A program made the position numbers and the translations under genes. From Campylobacterota bacterium (GTDB taxonomy: Bacteria; Campylobacterota; Campylobacteria; Campylobacterales; JAADDX01): DNA of 64,000 nt. Position 1 is the first letter of the stretch. The number at the start of each line of letters is the position of its first letter. The stretch is taken from NCBI GenBank assembly GCA_013153685.1, contig JAADDX010000054.1, positions 2,842 through 66,841 of the forward strand, in the 5' to 3' direction. This document shows positions 21,195-30,399 of the stretch, one piece after another. The notes beneath the pieces are model-generated. The model saw nothing but the letters and a program-made list of their open reading frames with translations. It searched no databases and had not been told where the DNA came from.

Positions 21195-23210
21195 TTATCC
21201 TTTTATATTCGGTTGTGGTTCTCCAAGATAAAAACCTTGTGAATAATCAATCCCCAATTCTTTGACTTTTTGTAATACCTCTTTGGAATGAACAAACTCG
21301 GCTATTGTTTTGATACCGGTTTTATTGGCAAATACGATAATCGTCTCTACGATTAGCTCCGATTTTTTGTCGTGATTGATATTTTTAATCAAACTTCCAT
21401 CGATTTTAAGATAATCGATATCTAGATTTAGGATATGTTCAAAATTGCTATATCCACTACCAAAATCATCAATAGCCACTTCACTCCCTTTTGATTTGAC
21501 TAAATGGATAAAATTTTTTAATTCATCGTAATTACTAATCGCATCATCTTCTAATATCTCAAATGTAATATACTCAAACAATTCCGGATATTGATGCAAC
21601 AAACCATTTATAAAACTCATAGTTTCTTTATTTTCTATATCATCAATCGAAACGTTTAGAGATATCTTGACTTTGTGCTGTTTTAATAAGTCAATTGCTC
21701 TTTCGTATATCATCATCGTAATAAACTTGTATAATCGATTTTTCTTAGCCAATTCTAAAAATGGATAAATCGATAGCACCTCATCATTGTGTTTAATCCT
21801 TGCTAAAACTTCATATTTGATAATTTCACCGGTTTTATTTGAAAAAATCGGCTGGAAATAAGGGATAATATTTCCAGTATCAATAGCTTGTTTTAAAATA
21901 GAAGCTTTTTTGATATTTTCTTTAATAATTTCCTCTTGATTAAGACTAGGGTCATACACACCGACATTTTTGGTCTTATCTTGTTTAATAGTCTTTAGGA
22001 TAATGTCTGCAGTTTCGATAAGTGGCGGTGTATCGCTAATACCTATACTAATCATTACATTAAATTCCACATCTTGGTATTTGATAGGGTTAAATCTAAA
22101 ATAATTTACAATCTCATTTGCAAGTTCTATAGCGACTTTTTGTGAGACATTATTAAGCAATATTCCAAACGCATCCGCACCTATACGATAAAACTTCGGT
22201 TTATACTCAGTAGGGATAAAATGTTGTAATACTTTGGTAATTTCTTTAAGAATAAAATCACCAGCATCAATACCATAAATATCGTTGTATACCTTAAAAT
22301 CATCAATATCGACAATCAAAAATGTTTGATTTGGTGCTTTTACATCCTCAACTAATTTACGTCTATTGTAAAGTTTGGTAAGATCGTCTGTGATAATAGT
22401 AGTCTCTAGAAGTTTGTTCTCCTTTTCTATTTTTACAAACAATATCAAAATCACAACAATAGATAGTATCACAAATAATATCAACAATACAGACACTATG
22501 GTAACTACTTTTAGTTGTTGTTTGGTTTCTTTTATAAATTCCGTAATACAATTCTCTAGCTCGTCTTGTGTTTTGTATTCTAATACCGCTCTAATATCAT
22601 TGATATATTTTGGGAGTAGTTGCTTAAAGAGCTGGACATTTTTTAGAAATACCCTTGTAAATGGGGTTTGTTTGATATACTTGATTTTATCGTAATATGA
22701 TAGATTAGAGATAAACACCTCTTCTTGACTTGATTTGGCTAGCAAAAATTGGGTCGCCACTTTTACAAGAATCCTTTTTTCAGAAATAGGCAGTGTTTTT
22801 AATTCGGGTAATTTAGTGGTTAATTCCGCGATATACATATCCGCATTTTTTAGTGGAGCAATAATAGTCTCCAATCTATAAATATCGTCAATTTTGGATA
22901 AAATATCTTTTTTATATCGCAAAAACATCGCGTAAGCTTTGGTATCAAGCTGGAAAGTTGGATCGTTTTGTAAATTGGTAAGAATACTTCTAATACCCCT
23001 CTCAAGTTCCACAACCCCATCAAAATTCTTATACAAATACACGCTAATACTTAAAATTTCATAATTTAGCTGTAGTTCTTTTTGTTTTAATAGCTCTAGG
23101 TGCTGCATAATAATATCGTTTCGACTAAAGTAATTTTTGGTATAGTTATTAAACGTCACAAGTGCACCTACGATAAACATCCCTACAATAATCAATACTA
23201 CTTTTTTCAT
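21195..23210 (-). CDS. Membrane c-di-GMP phosphodiesterase: helical periplasmic sensor (DAHL-like), degenerate GGDEF, EAL
   Basis: 671 aa with TM1 VVLIIVGMFIVGALV and a ~210 aa helical periplasmic region (HLELLKQKELQLNYEILSISVYLYKNFDG). TM2 follows. The GGDEF fold has its signature degenerated to RIGADAF. The EAL domain has EVLARI, ISLNVS, FEILED, IDDFGSGYSNF, LKIDGSLI and QGFYLGEP. Confidence 0.8.
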   Translation of the reverse strand: MKKVVLIIVGMFIVGALVTFNNYTKNYFSRNDIIMQHLELLKQKELQLNYEILSISVYLYKNFDGVVELERGIRSILTNLQNDPTFQLDTKAYAMFLRYKKDILSKIDDIYRLETIIAPLKNADMYIAELTTKLPELKTLPISEKRILVKVATQFLLAKSSQEEVFISNLSYYDKIKYIKQTPFTRVFLKNVQLFKQLLPKYINDIRAVLEYKTQDELENCITEFIKETKQQLKVVTIVSVLLILFVILSIVVILILFVKIEKENKLLETTIITDDLTKLYNRRKLVEDVKAPNQTFLIVDIDDFKVYNDIYGIDAGDFILKEITKVLQHFIPTEYKPKFYRIGADAFGILLNNVSQKVAIELANEIVNYFRFNPIKYQDVEFNVMISIGISDTPPLIETADIILKTIKQDKTKNVGVYDPSLNQEEIIKENIKKASILKQAIDTGNIIPYFQPIFSNKTGEIIKYEVLARIKHNDEVLSIYPFLELAKKNRLYKFITMMIYERAIDLLKQHKVKISLNVSIDDIENKETMSFINGLLHQYPELFEYITFEILEDDAISNYDELKNFIHLVKSKGSEVAIDDFGSGYSNFEHILNLDIDYLKIDGSLIKNINHDKKSELIVETIIVFANKTGIKTIAEFVHSKEVLQKVKELGIDYSQGFYLGEPQPNIKG

Positions 23211-24115
23211 TTGGCATCCAATATTTCCGGTCTTTTACCGGTTAGTGTCTTAAAAAAGGCTATAATCGACTCTATTTGTTGGTCCGTAAGAGACAAACCT
23301 AGATTGTAATAAGCCATTTTGTTAATCGCCACAAATAGCTCTTTAGTAGAAGCATCATGGAAATAAGGTGCAGTTTGTGTGATATTTCTGAGACTTGGGA
23401 CTTTGTAGACAAATTTATCATCATTGCGATGAGTTATCTCATACCTATCTCCTACCCTATCTTTGGCTTTGTGAATAACACCGATTTTTTGAAACGAATT
23501 TCCACCCATATTAGCTCCATTATGACAAGTAATACAACCTAGCTTTTTAAAGTTATAATATCCTTGTAATTCTTGCTTGGTTAGATTTCCCTCATTACGC
23601 AACCATTTATCAAACTTACTATCTACGCTAACGAGTGCTTTTTCAAATTCTGCTACGGCATCTTGAAACATCTCAAAAGTCGGTTTATCCGTATGATAAA
23701 TTCTCGAGATATCGGCAAGATACTTTTGTTGCAATACTTCTACTACTTTTTGTGGGCTTGAGCCCATCTCTTTTGGATTGTTAATAGGCCCTTTGATTTG
23801 TTCTTTCAAATCCAAAGCCCTCCCATTCCAAAATTGTCGGAAATTATATACTGCATTATACACAGTTGGAGACTGAATATTACCCAATCTCCCATACACT
23901 CCCACAGATACGTCTCTTGGGTCTGCACCCCCATATTGCGGGGAATGGCAACTCGCACAAGAAATTGTTCCATCTGCTGAGAATGTAGTATCAAAAAACA
24001 ACTTCTTTCCAAACAACGCTTTTTGTTTGTTGTATTTAATAGGTTGTAGCGGTGTAATAGGTTCATATCGTAAAGCAAATAAAAATATCGGTAAAATTAA
24101 TAATAATTTCCTCAT
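23207..24115 (-). CDS. Dihaem cytochrome c peroxidase (CCP/MauG family)
   Basis: 302 aa with a signal peptide, two haem c motifs (CASCHSP and CITCHNG) and PSLRNI. ATGA overlap with the downstream EAL gene. Confidence 0.9.
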   Translation of the reverse strand: MRKLLLILPIFLFALRYEPITPLQPIKYNKQKALFGKKLFFDTTFSADGTISCASCHSPQYGGADPRDVSVGVYGRLGNIQSPTVYNAVYNFRQFWNGRALDLKEQIKGPINNPKEMGSSPQKVVEVLQQKYLADISRIYHTDKPTFEMFQDAVAEFEKALVSVDSKFDKWLRNEGNLTKQELQGYYNFKKLGCITCHNGANMGGNSFQKIGVIHKAKDRVGDRYEITHRNDDKFVYKVPSLRNITQTAPYFHDASTKELFVAINKMAYYNLGLSLTDQQIESIIAFFKTLTGKRPEILDAK

Positions 24116-24202
24116 CTCTCTCCTTTATAAGGTTCCTTTATATGGGATTTTAACATAAATCATCAATATTGTCAACCAATTACATGTACGCTAAGTAATT
24201 TA

Positions 24203-24211
24203 TGTTATAAT
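24203..24211 (+). promoter_or_regulatory. Extended -10 promoter TGTTATAAT upstream of the lipoprotein gene
   Basis: Exact TGnTATAAT lies 28 nt upstream of ATG 24239, with an AAGGA SD. Confidence 0.4.
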
Positions 24212-24238
24212 CTATCTTAAATTATCAAAGGATGTAGT

Positions 24239-24685
24239 ATGAGAGTAGTTTTTTTGGTTATTTTTGTGGTGATGTTTTTATTTAGTGGATGTGCTACGCA
24301 AACTCAATCTGTAATTATTGCTCTTAAAAACAAAAATATCGCAATCCACAATCAAGCAATCCTCAAAAAAACATTCACATCCAAAATCATTGAAGTCTAT
24401 AATCTAGGAGAGCTTAGCTTCAAACTAAGACTTAGTCATTATCGCGTATGTATCAACAACCAATGCATGGATAAAGCACGCTTTATCAAACGACTCAATC
24501 CACACTATCCAACCAATCTATTAGATAAAATCATCCAAAAACAACCATTAGAGAATATTCCAATTACCAAAACATCAAACGGCTTTATACAAAAGACCGC
24601 AAATTTCACATACATAGTAACGCCTAAGAAGGCATTATTTAAAGATAGCAAAAGCCATTTTTTATTTTTGATTAGGGAGTTATGA
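24239..24685 (+). CDS. Hypothetical lipoprotein
   Basis: 148 aa with a signal peptide ending in the lipobox FLFSGC. No family recognised. Confidence 0.6.
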   Translation: MRVVFLVIFVVMFLFSGCATQTQSVIIALKNKNIAIHNQAILKKTFTSKIIEVYNLGELSFKLRLSHYRVCINNQCMDKARFIKRLNPHYPTNLLDKIIQKQPLENIPITKTSNGFIQKTANFTYIVTPKKALFKDSKSHFLFLIREL

Positions 24686-25636
24686 TTGTTTGTTGTGTTC
24701 TAAGAGCTTTTGGTAAATCTCCTTAGCTCTTTTTGAACGAAGTGAAAATTTACGCGGTTTTTTGAATTTGGTTTTGAGATAATTTCTAAGCTTCTTAGCA
24801 AAAAGTACAAATTCCCTTAGTGGTTTAGTTAGGCGAAATGAACGACTATTGAGGATATCTATATAATTTTGCCATGCTTGTTGGGCATCGGCTTTGACTT
24901 CATGAATTGTAGCTTGCAAAGATTGTATGTTCTCTTGCATTTGATGTAATTGTTCATATAGAGCTTTTTCTCTATCTTCAATACCCCACAATATCTCATC
25001 CAACGACAAAGAATTATCCACTATTTGTGGTATTTCTTGTTTGGATGCTACTATGGCATAATCAAAAGGTGATCTAAAAATGTCAGTTACGTTGCGTTTG
25101 AGGGATGGTTGGTGCAATTGGAGGATTTGGGCTTGGAAATTGTAATGCTCTATTGTAAATTTTAACAAATCTTTGGGAATTGGTCTAATATGGGTAGGAT
25201 CTAGATAAAAATACTCGCTTGCCACTCTTATATTTTGAGGATTGGGAGTCTCCAAAATCAAAATACCATTCGCATCTAACACTCTATAAGCTTCACGGAT
25301 AAGCTGGGTAAGCTTCTCAAACGGAATATGTTCTATCATATGAAAAGATGTGATTAAAATAGCACTATTATCCGCTTGTGCTTGCAGATATTCAAGTGCG
25401 TCCATAATAATCACATCATTATCATTAGCCATGTGTTTATCGATATCTACACCTACAGCCTCAATACCGTGTTCTTGTAGCAAATCAACAAACTCTCCTC
25501 TACCACAACCCAAATCAATCACTTTTTTTGGAGTATCTTTTAGTATAGGTAGTAAGAAATCTAAATAAACTTGTTGTTTTTGTTTGACTGATTCTTTAGT
25601 GCCTCTAAAAGTGTCTTCAAATTTTCTATAAAACAT
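24680..25636 (-). CDS. Class I SAM-dependent methyltransferase with C-terminal coiled-coil/basic extension
   Basis: 318 aa with motif I VIDLGCGRGEFVDLL and post-I DVIIMDALEYL. The last ~110 aa are heptad-like (ALYEQLHQMQENIQSLQATIHEVKADAQQAW) followed by NSRSFRLTKPLR and a Lys/Arg tail. Confidence 0.75.
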   Translation of the reverse strand: MFYRKFEDTFRGTKESVKQKQQVYLDFLLPILKDTPKKVIDLGCGRGEFVDLLQEHGIEAVGVDIDKHMANDNDVIIMDALEYLQAQADNSAILITSFHMIEHIPFEKLTQLIREAYRVLDANGILILETPNPQNIRVASEYFYLDPTHIRPIPKDLLKFTIEHYNFQAQILQLHQPSLKRNVTDIFRSPFDYAIVASKQEIPQIVDNSLSLDEILWGIEDREKALYEQLHQMQENIQSLQATIHEVKADAQQAWQNYIDILNSRSFRLTKPLREFVLFAKKLRNYLKTKFKKPRKFSLRSKRAKEIYQKLLEHNKQS

Positions 25637-25637
25637 A

Positions 25638-26498
25638 TTAAATCTTTAAGTTTTTGATATGTTCTAATCTCTCATGAATCGGCGGGTGAGATGCAAATAT
25701 GCTCTCTAAAAACCCAACTATCCCAAAAGCTTTCATCTCACTTGGCAAAGCTAATTGCTCTTTTGGAATTTCCCCCAATTTTGCAAGTGCATAATAAATA
25801 CCTTCCTTTCCATCCAATCTCACAGCACCTTCATCCGCTTTAAATTCGCGATATCTACTAAACCACATCAAAATAGCCGTTGCAAATAAACTAAATATCA
25901 TCTCCAATACAAAACTTACAATAAAATAACTCATCCCCTCACCCTCTTCTTCTTCATCGTTTGATGTAAGAATTGATGCGATTATTCTTGAGATAAATAT
26001 CACAAATGTATTTAATACACCTTGCATCAGAGTCATAGTCACCATATCGCCGTGTTTGATGTGGCTAATCTCATGAGCTAACACACCCTCTACCTCTTTT
26101 GGTTGCATAATATCCAACAATGAAGTAGATACAGCAACTAAAGCATCATTTTTATTCCAACCAGTCGCAAACGCGTTTGGAGGTCCATCAAATATACCAA
26201 CTTCCGGCATTTTGATACCGGCTTTAGCAGATAATTTAGATATTGTCATCAATAACCATTCCTCTGTTTGATTTTGAGGAGTTTGTATCACTCTTACTCC
26301 CATACCGCTTTTTGCCATGGTTTTAGAGAGCAAAAGAGATATAAAAGCCCCACCAAACCCAAATACAAAAGCAATCAACAACAAAGAATTCACACTATTA
26401 TCCAGATGAATCCCAAAAAACGCACTCAATATAAACAACACCACATACAATGACGCCATTACGGCAAGATTCATAACAATCAACATCACTATTGCCAT
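25638..26498 (-). CDS. htpX: M48 zinc protease HtpX
   Basis: 286 aa with HEISHIKHGD, four hydrophobic segments and C-terminal SHPPIHERL. Confidence 0.9.
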   Translation of the reverse strand: MAIVMLIVMNLAVMASLYVVLFILSAFFGIHLDNSVNSLLLIAFVFGFGGAFISLLLSKTMAKSGMGVRVIQTPQNQTEEWLLMTISKLSAKAGIKMPEVGIFDGPPNAFATGWNKNDALVAVSTSLLDIMQPKEVEGVLAHEISHIKHGDMVTMTLMQGVLNTFVIFISRIIASILTSNDEEEEGEGMSYFIVSFVLEMIFSLFATAILMWFSRYREFKADEGAVRLDGKEGIYYALAKLGEIPKEQLALPSEMKAFGIVGFLESIFASHPPIHERLEHIKNLKI

Positions 26499-28034
26499 CT
26501 ATTCTCCCTTTATGTTTAATAATTCTTTATTGATAAGGTTAATCATATTATAGCCAACTTCAGATGAAATTATACCGTGTTTCATAGCTTCTTGTATAGA
26601 ATCTTTCTGTTTAAGTAACAATCTCTTAAGAGATGTGCGAAATTCGTAATTTTTGACATGCTTATCATCTTTGGCTAATTGCTCAATTATATCTTTGGCA
26701 TGTTGTAAGTTTTTTTGCTGATTTTTGTATAATAGATTGTATACATGTTCTGATATAATAGCTTCTTGTTTCATCTCTTCTAACTCTTTAGTTGCAGCAT
26801 TAATCGCAATAAGCTGTGCTTTTTCGTATTCATATTTCTCAAGATTTTTATTTTTTGATGTAATATTCAAAAATTTCAATAAAAATTTGATCGACAATCC
26901 TTGTACAATCAAAGAAAACCCAACCACACCAAAAGTCATCACAAGTATCATATCTCTGTATTGATAATCATTTGGGATAGATAGTGCAAGTGCCATAGCT
27001 AATGCTCCTCTTACACCTCCCCATACAAATATCGCTTGCCATTTGATATTGATTTTTTTATCCAAAACGTTAACAATCGGCGTTAATACCAAGACAGACA
27101 CCACTCTACCCAACAACACGGCTACAATTCCTAGAGTAATGTAGTAGAAATTTGAGATAATATCTATCTTACTAACTTCAAGCCCGATAATAAAAAACAC
27201 AACCGAGTTGATCACAAACGCCACATACTCCCAAAAATCTTTTACAGATACCCTAGTAGTAGGGCTCATCCCTATCTTAGTCCCATAATTTCCTACCATT
27301 AATCCAGCAAAAATTACGGCAATTACACCAGATACCTCAAAATATTCAGCACTAATATAAGTAAGATACGTCACAATAGTAGTAAGGGTAATTTCTATTA
27401 AATGATCATCAATCAACGCCGTAATTCTAGAAAACGTTAATCCCAATATACTACCTATAATAGCACCTCCAAAAGCCACAATCACAAACTCCCTAAGACC
27501 ATGCACCATAGAAAACTCACCATGACTAAATGCTATAGATGCAATGATACTAAATACCACTACCGAAATACCATCATTTAACAAACTCTCCCCTTCAATA
27601 ATCGACGAGAGGCGTGTTGGCACTCCAAGTTCTTTAAATATCGCAAGCACACTAATCGGGTCGGTTGAGGAAATCACCGCACCAAAGAGCAACATTACAA
27701 CAAGTGGTATATGCAACACAGCATGCAAAAAGTATCCAATAACAAATACCGATACAAGCACACCAAAGATTGCATAAATTAAAATAGGCTTGAGATTTTC
27801 TTTGAATTCATTAGCATTGAGATTAAATGCTGCTTCAAACAACAAAGGCGGTAGCAAAATATGAAAAATCAAATCCGATGTCAGATGAATATCCGGAAAT
27901 GTGTGAAATACACTCAATATAATTCCCGCAAAAATCAAAGCAATAGTATAAGGTAAATTACTAAAATATCGCACTAACATTGCTACAGTCGCAATAACCA
28001 TCATCAATATAACAATTTCCACTTCCAAACCCAT
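26499..28034 (-). CDS. CPA1-family Na+/H+ antiporter (NhaP-type) with cytoplasmic C-terminal domain
   Basis: 511 aa polytopic protein with FGAVISSTDPISVLAIFKELG and a C-terminal ~110 aa soluble helical region. Confidence 0.85.
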   Translation of the reverse strand: MGLEVEIVILMMVIATVAMLVRYFSNLPYTIALIFAGIILSVFHTFPDIHLTSDLIFHILLPPLLFEAAFNLNANEFKENLKPILIYAIFGVLVSVFVIGYFLHAVLHIPLVVMLLFGAVISSTDPISVLAIFKELGVPTRLSSIIEGESLLNDGISVVVFSIIASIAFSHGEFSMVHGLREFVIVAFGGAIIGSILGLTFSRITALIDDHLIEITLTTIVTYLTYISAEYFEVSGVIAVIFAGLMVGNYGTKIGMSPTTRVSVKDFWEYVAFVINSVVFFIIGLEVSKIDIISNFYYITLGIVAVLLGRVVSVLVLTPIVNVLDKKINIKWQAIFVWGGVRGALAMALALSIPNDYQYRDMILVMTFGVVGFSLIVQGLSIKFLLKFLNITSKNKNLEKYEYEKAQLIAINAATKELEEMKQEAIISEHVYNLLYKNQQKNLQHAKDIIEQLAKDDKHVKNYEFRTSLKRLLLKQKDSIQEAMKHGIISSEVGYNMINLINKELLNIKGE

Positions 28035-28035
28035 T

Positions 28036-29049
28036 TTAGTCTCCTTTTATTAATTTTACCACTTCTAACGCACTCCCATGCCCCAAAACATCTCTCAAAA
28101 TCTGAGATTTAGCGATAAATTCATCAATTGAGCTATTTTGATATTCACTCAGTAATGCTTCTATATCAAAATCTTGCAAATATTCTTTGTGAAATTCCCC
28201 CTTGTTGGCTTGTTGAAAAATAATATTTGCCAATCCCACATAATCCAACTTCACAAACAACTTCGCAATAAGATATTCAATCTTACGTGCTTTATACATC
28301 AATACAAATGGTGTGCCGATAATAGCAGCTTCTAAAGTAGCAGTCCCGCTACATATGTAAGCAAAATCGGATGTAAGCAACGTCTTTTGCGTATCGAAAC
28401 TAACCTCAAATTCACCAATATCACCATATATATCCATCTCATCTGCATAAATACGAGGCACTACCAACACTTTCTTGGCTTGGATTTTTGTAGCCAATTG
28501 CCTAAATATAGGCATTAATGCTTTGATTTCACTCTTTCTGCTACCTGGTAGAAAAGCTACTTGATTATACACTAAATCATCTCTAAATTGAGTAATTTCA
28601 TCAAGCAAAGGATTTCCGACATATTCCTTTATCCAATATTTCCTCTCAAACGGAAATATAAACGCTTTTTTATCGATAAGTTGATTAATCACCTTAATTC
28701 TACCGCGTTTCCAAGCCCACACTTTCGGTAAGATATAGTATATAATTTCTATTTGTGGATTGATTTTTTTGATAGCTTTAGCTAAAGGAATATTAAAAGA
28801 TGGTGCATCAATTAAAAGCACTTTATCGCACTCCTTGGATGCTAAGGCTAGTGTTTGGATGGCTTCTTTGGCTTTTTTGATTTTGGGTATTACATCTACA
28901 AAACCCATTACCGAAAATTCTTTACTATCATACAAAGGAGTGCCAAATTTGCTATCAAAAATCCCAACTAATTCAAACGGATACAAAGCCAGCAAATGCG
29001 ATAAATGCAAATTCGCAGACGGCTCAAGACTTGCGACTAGTATCTTCAC
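28036..29049 (-). CDS. lpxB: Lipid-A-disaccharide synthase
   Basis: 337 aa GT19 pattern: ILVASLEPSANLHLSHLL, FLPGSRKSEI, CSGTATLEAAIIGTP. GTG start. Confidence 0.85.
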   Translation of the reverse strand: MKILVASLEPSANLHLSHLLALYPFELVGIFDSKFGTPLYDSKEFSVMGFVDVIPKIKKAKEAIQTLALASKECDKVLLIDAPSFNIPLAKAIKKINPQIEIIYYILPKVWAWKRGRIKVINQLIDKKAFIFPFERKYWIKEYVGNPLLDEITQFRDDLVYNQVAFLPGSRKSEIKALMPIFRQLATKIQAKKVLVVPRIYADEMDIYGDIGEFEVSFDTQKTLLTSDFAYICSGTATLEAAIIGTPFVLMYKARKIEYLIAKLFVKLDYVGLANIIFQQANKGEFHKEYLQDFDIEALLSEYQNSSIDEFIAKSQILRDVLGHGSALEVVKLIKGD

Positions 29050-29167
29050 CGCTATTCTTTAAAAAATCATCTGCATCTTTAAAAAAATCATCCTCTTTTT
29101 TAGTTTTTTTGCTCTTTTTAACAAACGTCGAGCTATGCTTCTTGCGTAATGAAAAGTTTGTTGGCAT
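29024..29167 (-). CDS. Candidate small ORF (47-49 aa), basic N-terminus and acidic duplicated C-terminus; unverified
   Basis: It is below the track cutoff and was found by own translation: M(CM)PTNFSLRKKHSSTFVKKSKKTKKEDDFFKDADDFLKNSGEDTSRKS. A strong SD (TAAGGAGG) follows directly after the gmd stop. In-frame ATGs lie at 29173 and 29167. The ORF overlaps the lpxB start by 26 nt. Confidence 0.25.
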   Translation of the reverse strand: MPTNFSLRKKHSSTFVKKSKKTKKEDDFFKDADDFLKNSGEDTSRKS

Positions 29168-29182
29168 GCACATACTTCCTCC

Positions 29183-30217
29183 TTAAAAAGAAATTCCTAT
29201 CTCGTTTCTTTTAATATCGGCTAAAACCATGATCTGACATAATTGTTCTAATGTTGTCTTTGGTTGCCAATTTAGCTCATCTTTGGCTTTTTGAGGATTT
29301 CCTATTAGCAAGTCTACCTCCGCTGGACGATAAAATTTAGGATTTACTCTTACGACTACTTTGTTGGTAGCTTTGTTAATACCCACTTCATTCTCACCGC
29401 TACCCCTAAATTCTAGCTCAATATCCACAGCTTTAAATGCCATTTTTACAAAATCTCTCACACTTTGAGTTTGATTAGTAGCCAATACATAAGTATCCGC
29501 TTTTGGTGCTTGCATCATCAAATACATCCCTTCGACATATTCTTTAGCATACCCCCAATCCCTTTTGGCATCCAAATTACCAAGTTCTAACACATCCAAT
29601 TTCCCCAACTTAATCTTAGCGACCGCATCAGTAATTTTACGCGTTACAAACTCTTTGCCTCTTAGAGGAGACTCGTGGTTAAATAGTATCCCACTTGTCG
29701 CAAATATATCATAACTCTCTTTATAATTCACACACATCCAATGAGCATACAACTTAGCAATACCATAAGGGCTACGCGGATAAAAAGGTGTCTTCTCACT
29801 CTGTGGTATTTCCATAACTTTCCCAAACATCTCAGAAGTTGAGGCTTGATAGAATTTAATTTTAGGATTAACAATCCTAATCGCCTCAAGCAAATGCACA
29901 GCTCCCAAGCCGGTGATATGAGCGGTGGTAAGTGGTTGTTTGAAGCTCACTCCCACAAAGCTTTGTGCTGCAAGATTATAAACTTCATCCGGTTGAATTT
30001 GAGATATTGTCCTAACACTATCACTAGCATCGGTTAGGTCAAATTCGATCAAATGTAAATTTTCATCATCTTGTATCCCAAGCTCATTAATCCTCCAAAA
30101 ATTCACAGAACTCACTCTCCTATAAGTCCCATATACCTCATAACCTTTTTGCAATAAAAACTGTGCCAAATAAGCACCATCCTGTCCTGTAATACCGGTA
30201 ATTAACGCTTTTTTCAT
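29183..30217 (-). CDS. gmd: GDP-mannose 4,6-dehydratase
   Basis: [25 protein letters not shown] and [10 protein letters not shown] (SYK triad region). Start moved to ATG 30217 ([16 protein letters not shown]) from 30256. Confidence 0.9.
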   Translation of the reverse strand: MKKALITGITGQDGAYLAQFLLQKGYEVYGTYRRVSSVNFWRINELGIQDDENLHLIEFDLTDASDSVRTISQIQPDEVYNLAAQSFVGVSFKQPLTTAHITGLGAVHLLEAIRIVNPKIKFYQASTSEMFGKVMEIPQSEKTPFYPRSPYGIAKLYAHWMCVNYKESYDIFATSGILFNHESPLRGKEFVTRKITDAVAKIKLGKLDVLELGNLDAKRDWGYAKEYVEGMYLMMQAPKADTYVLATNQTQSVRDFVKMAFKAVDIELEFRGSGENEVGINKATNKVVVRVNPKFYRPAEVDLLIGNPQKAKDELNWQPKTTLEQLCQIMVLADIKRNEIGISF

Positions 30218-30368
30218 TTGGTGTATTTCCTTCATATAATAAATAATCGATTTCATTTATTGAATGTAATTTTGAATTATATCATAAAATACCAAATTTC
30301 CTAACCGTGCATAACGATATTTTTTGATGTTTTTTGGTGTGATTTTTTGCTGTGGATGTGGAAAATTA

Positions 30369-30377
30369 TGTTATAAT
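30369..30377 (+). promoter_or_regulatory. Extended -10 promoter TGTTATAAT upstream of nadA
   Basis: Exact TGnTATAAT in the gmd/nadA divergent intergenic region. Confidence 0.4.
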
Positions 30378-30399
30378 TAACTCAAATTGCTAATAAATC

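Noticed and set aside
30218-30399. G/T-rich stretch (tgttttttggtgtgattttttgctgtggatgtgg) in the gmd/nadA divergent region, considered as a riboswitch or small RNA.
   Set aside because: I could not identify a convincing conserved stem architecture. The region is adequately explained as a divergent promoter region with an extended -10 at 30369-30377.
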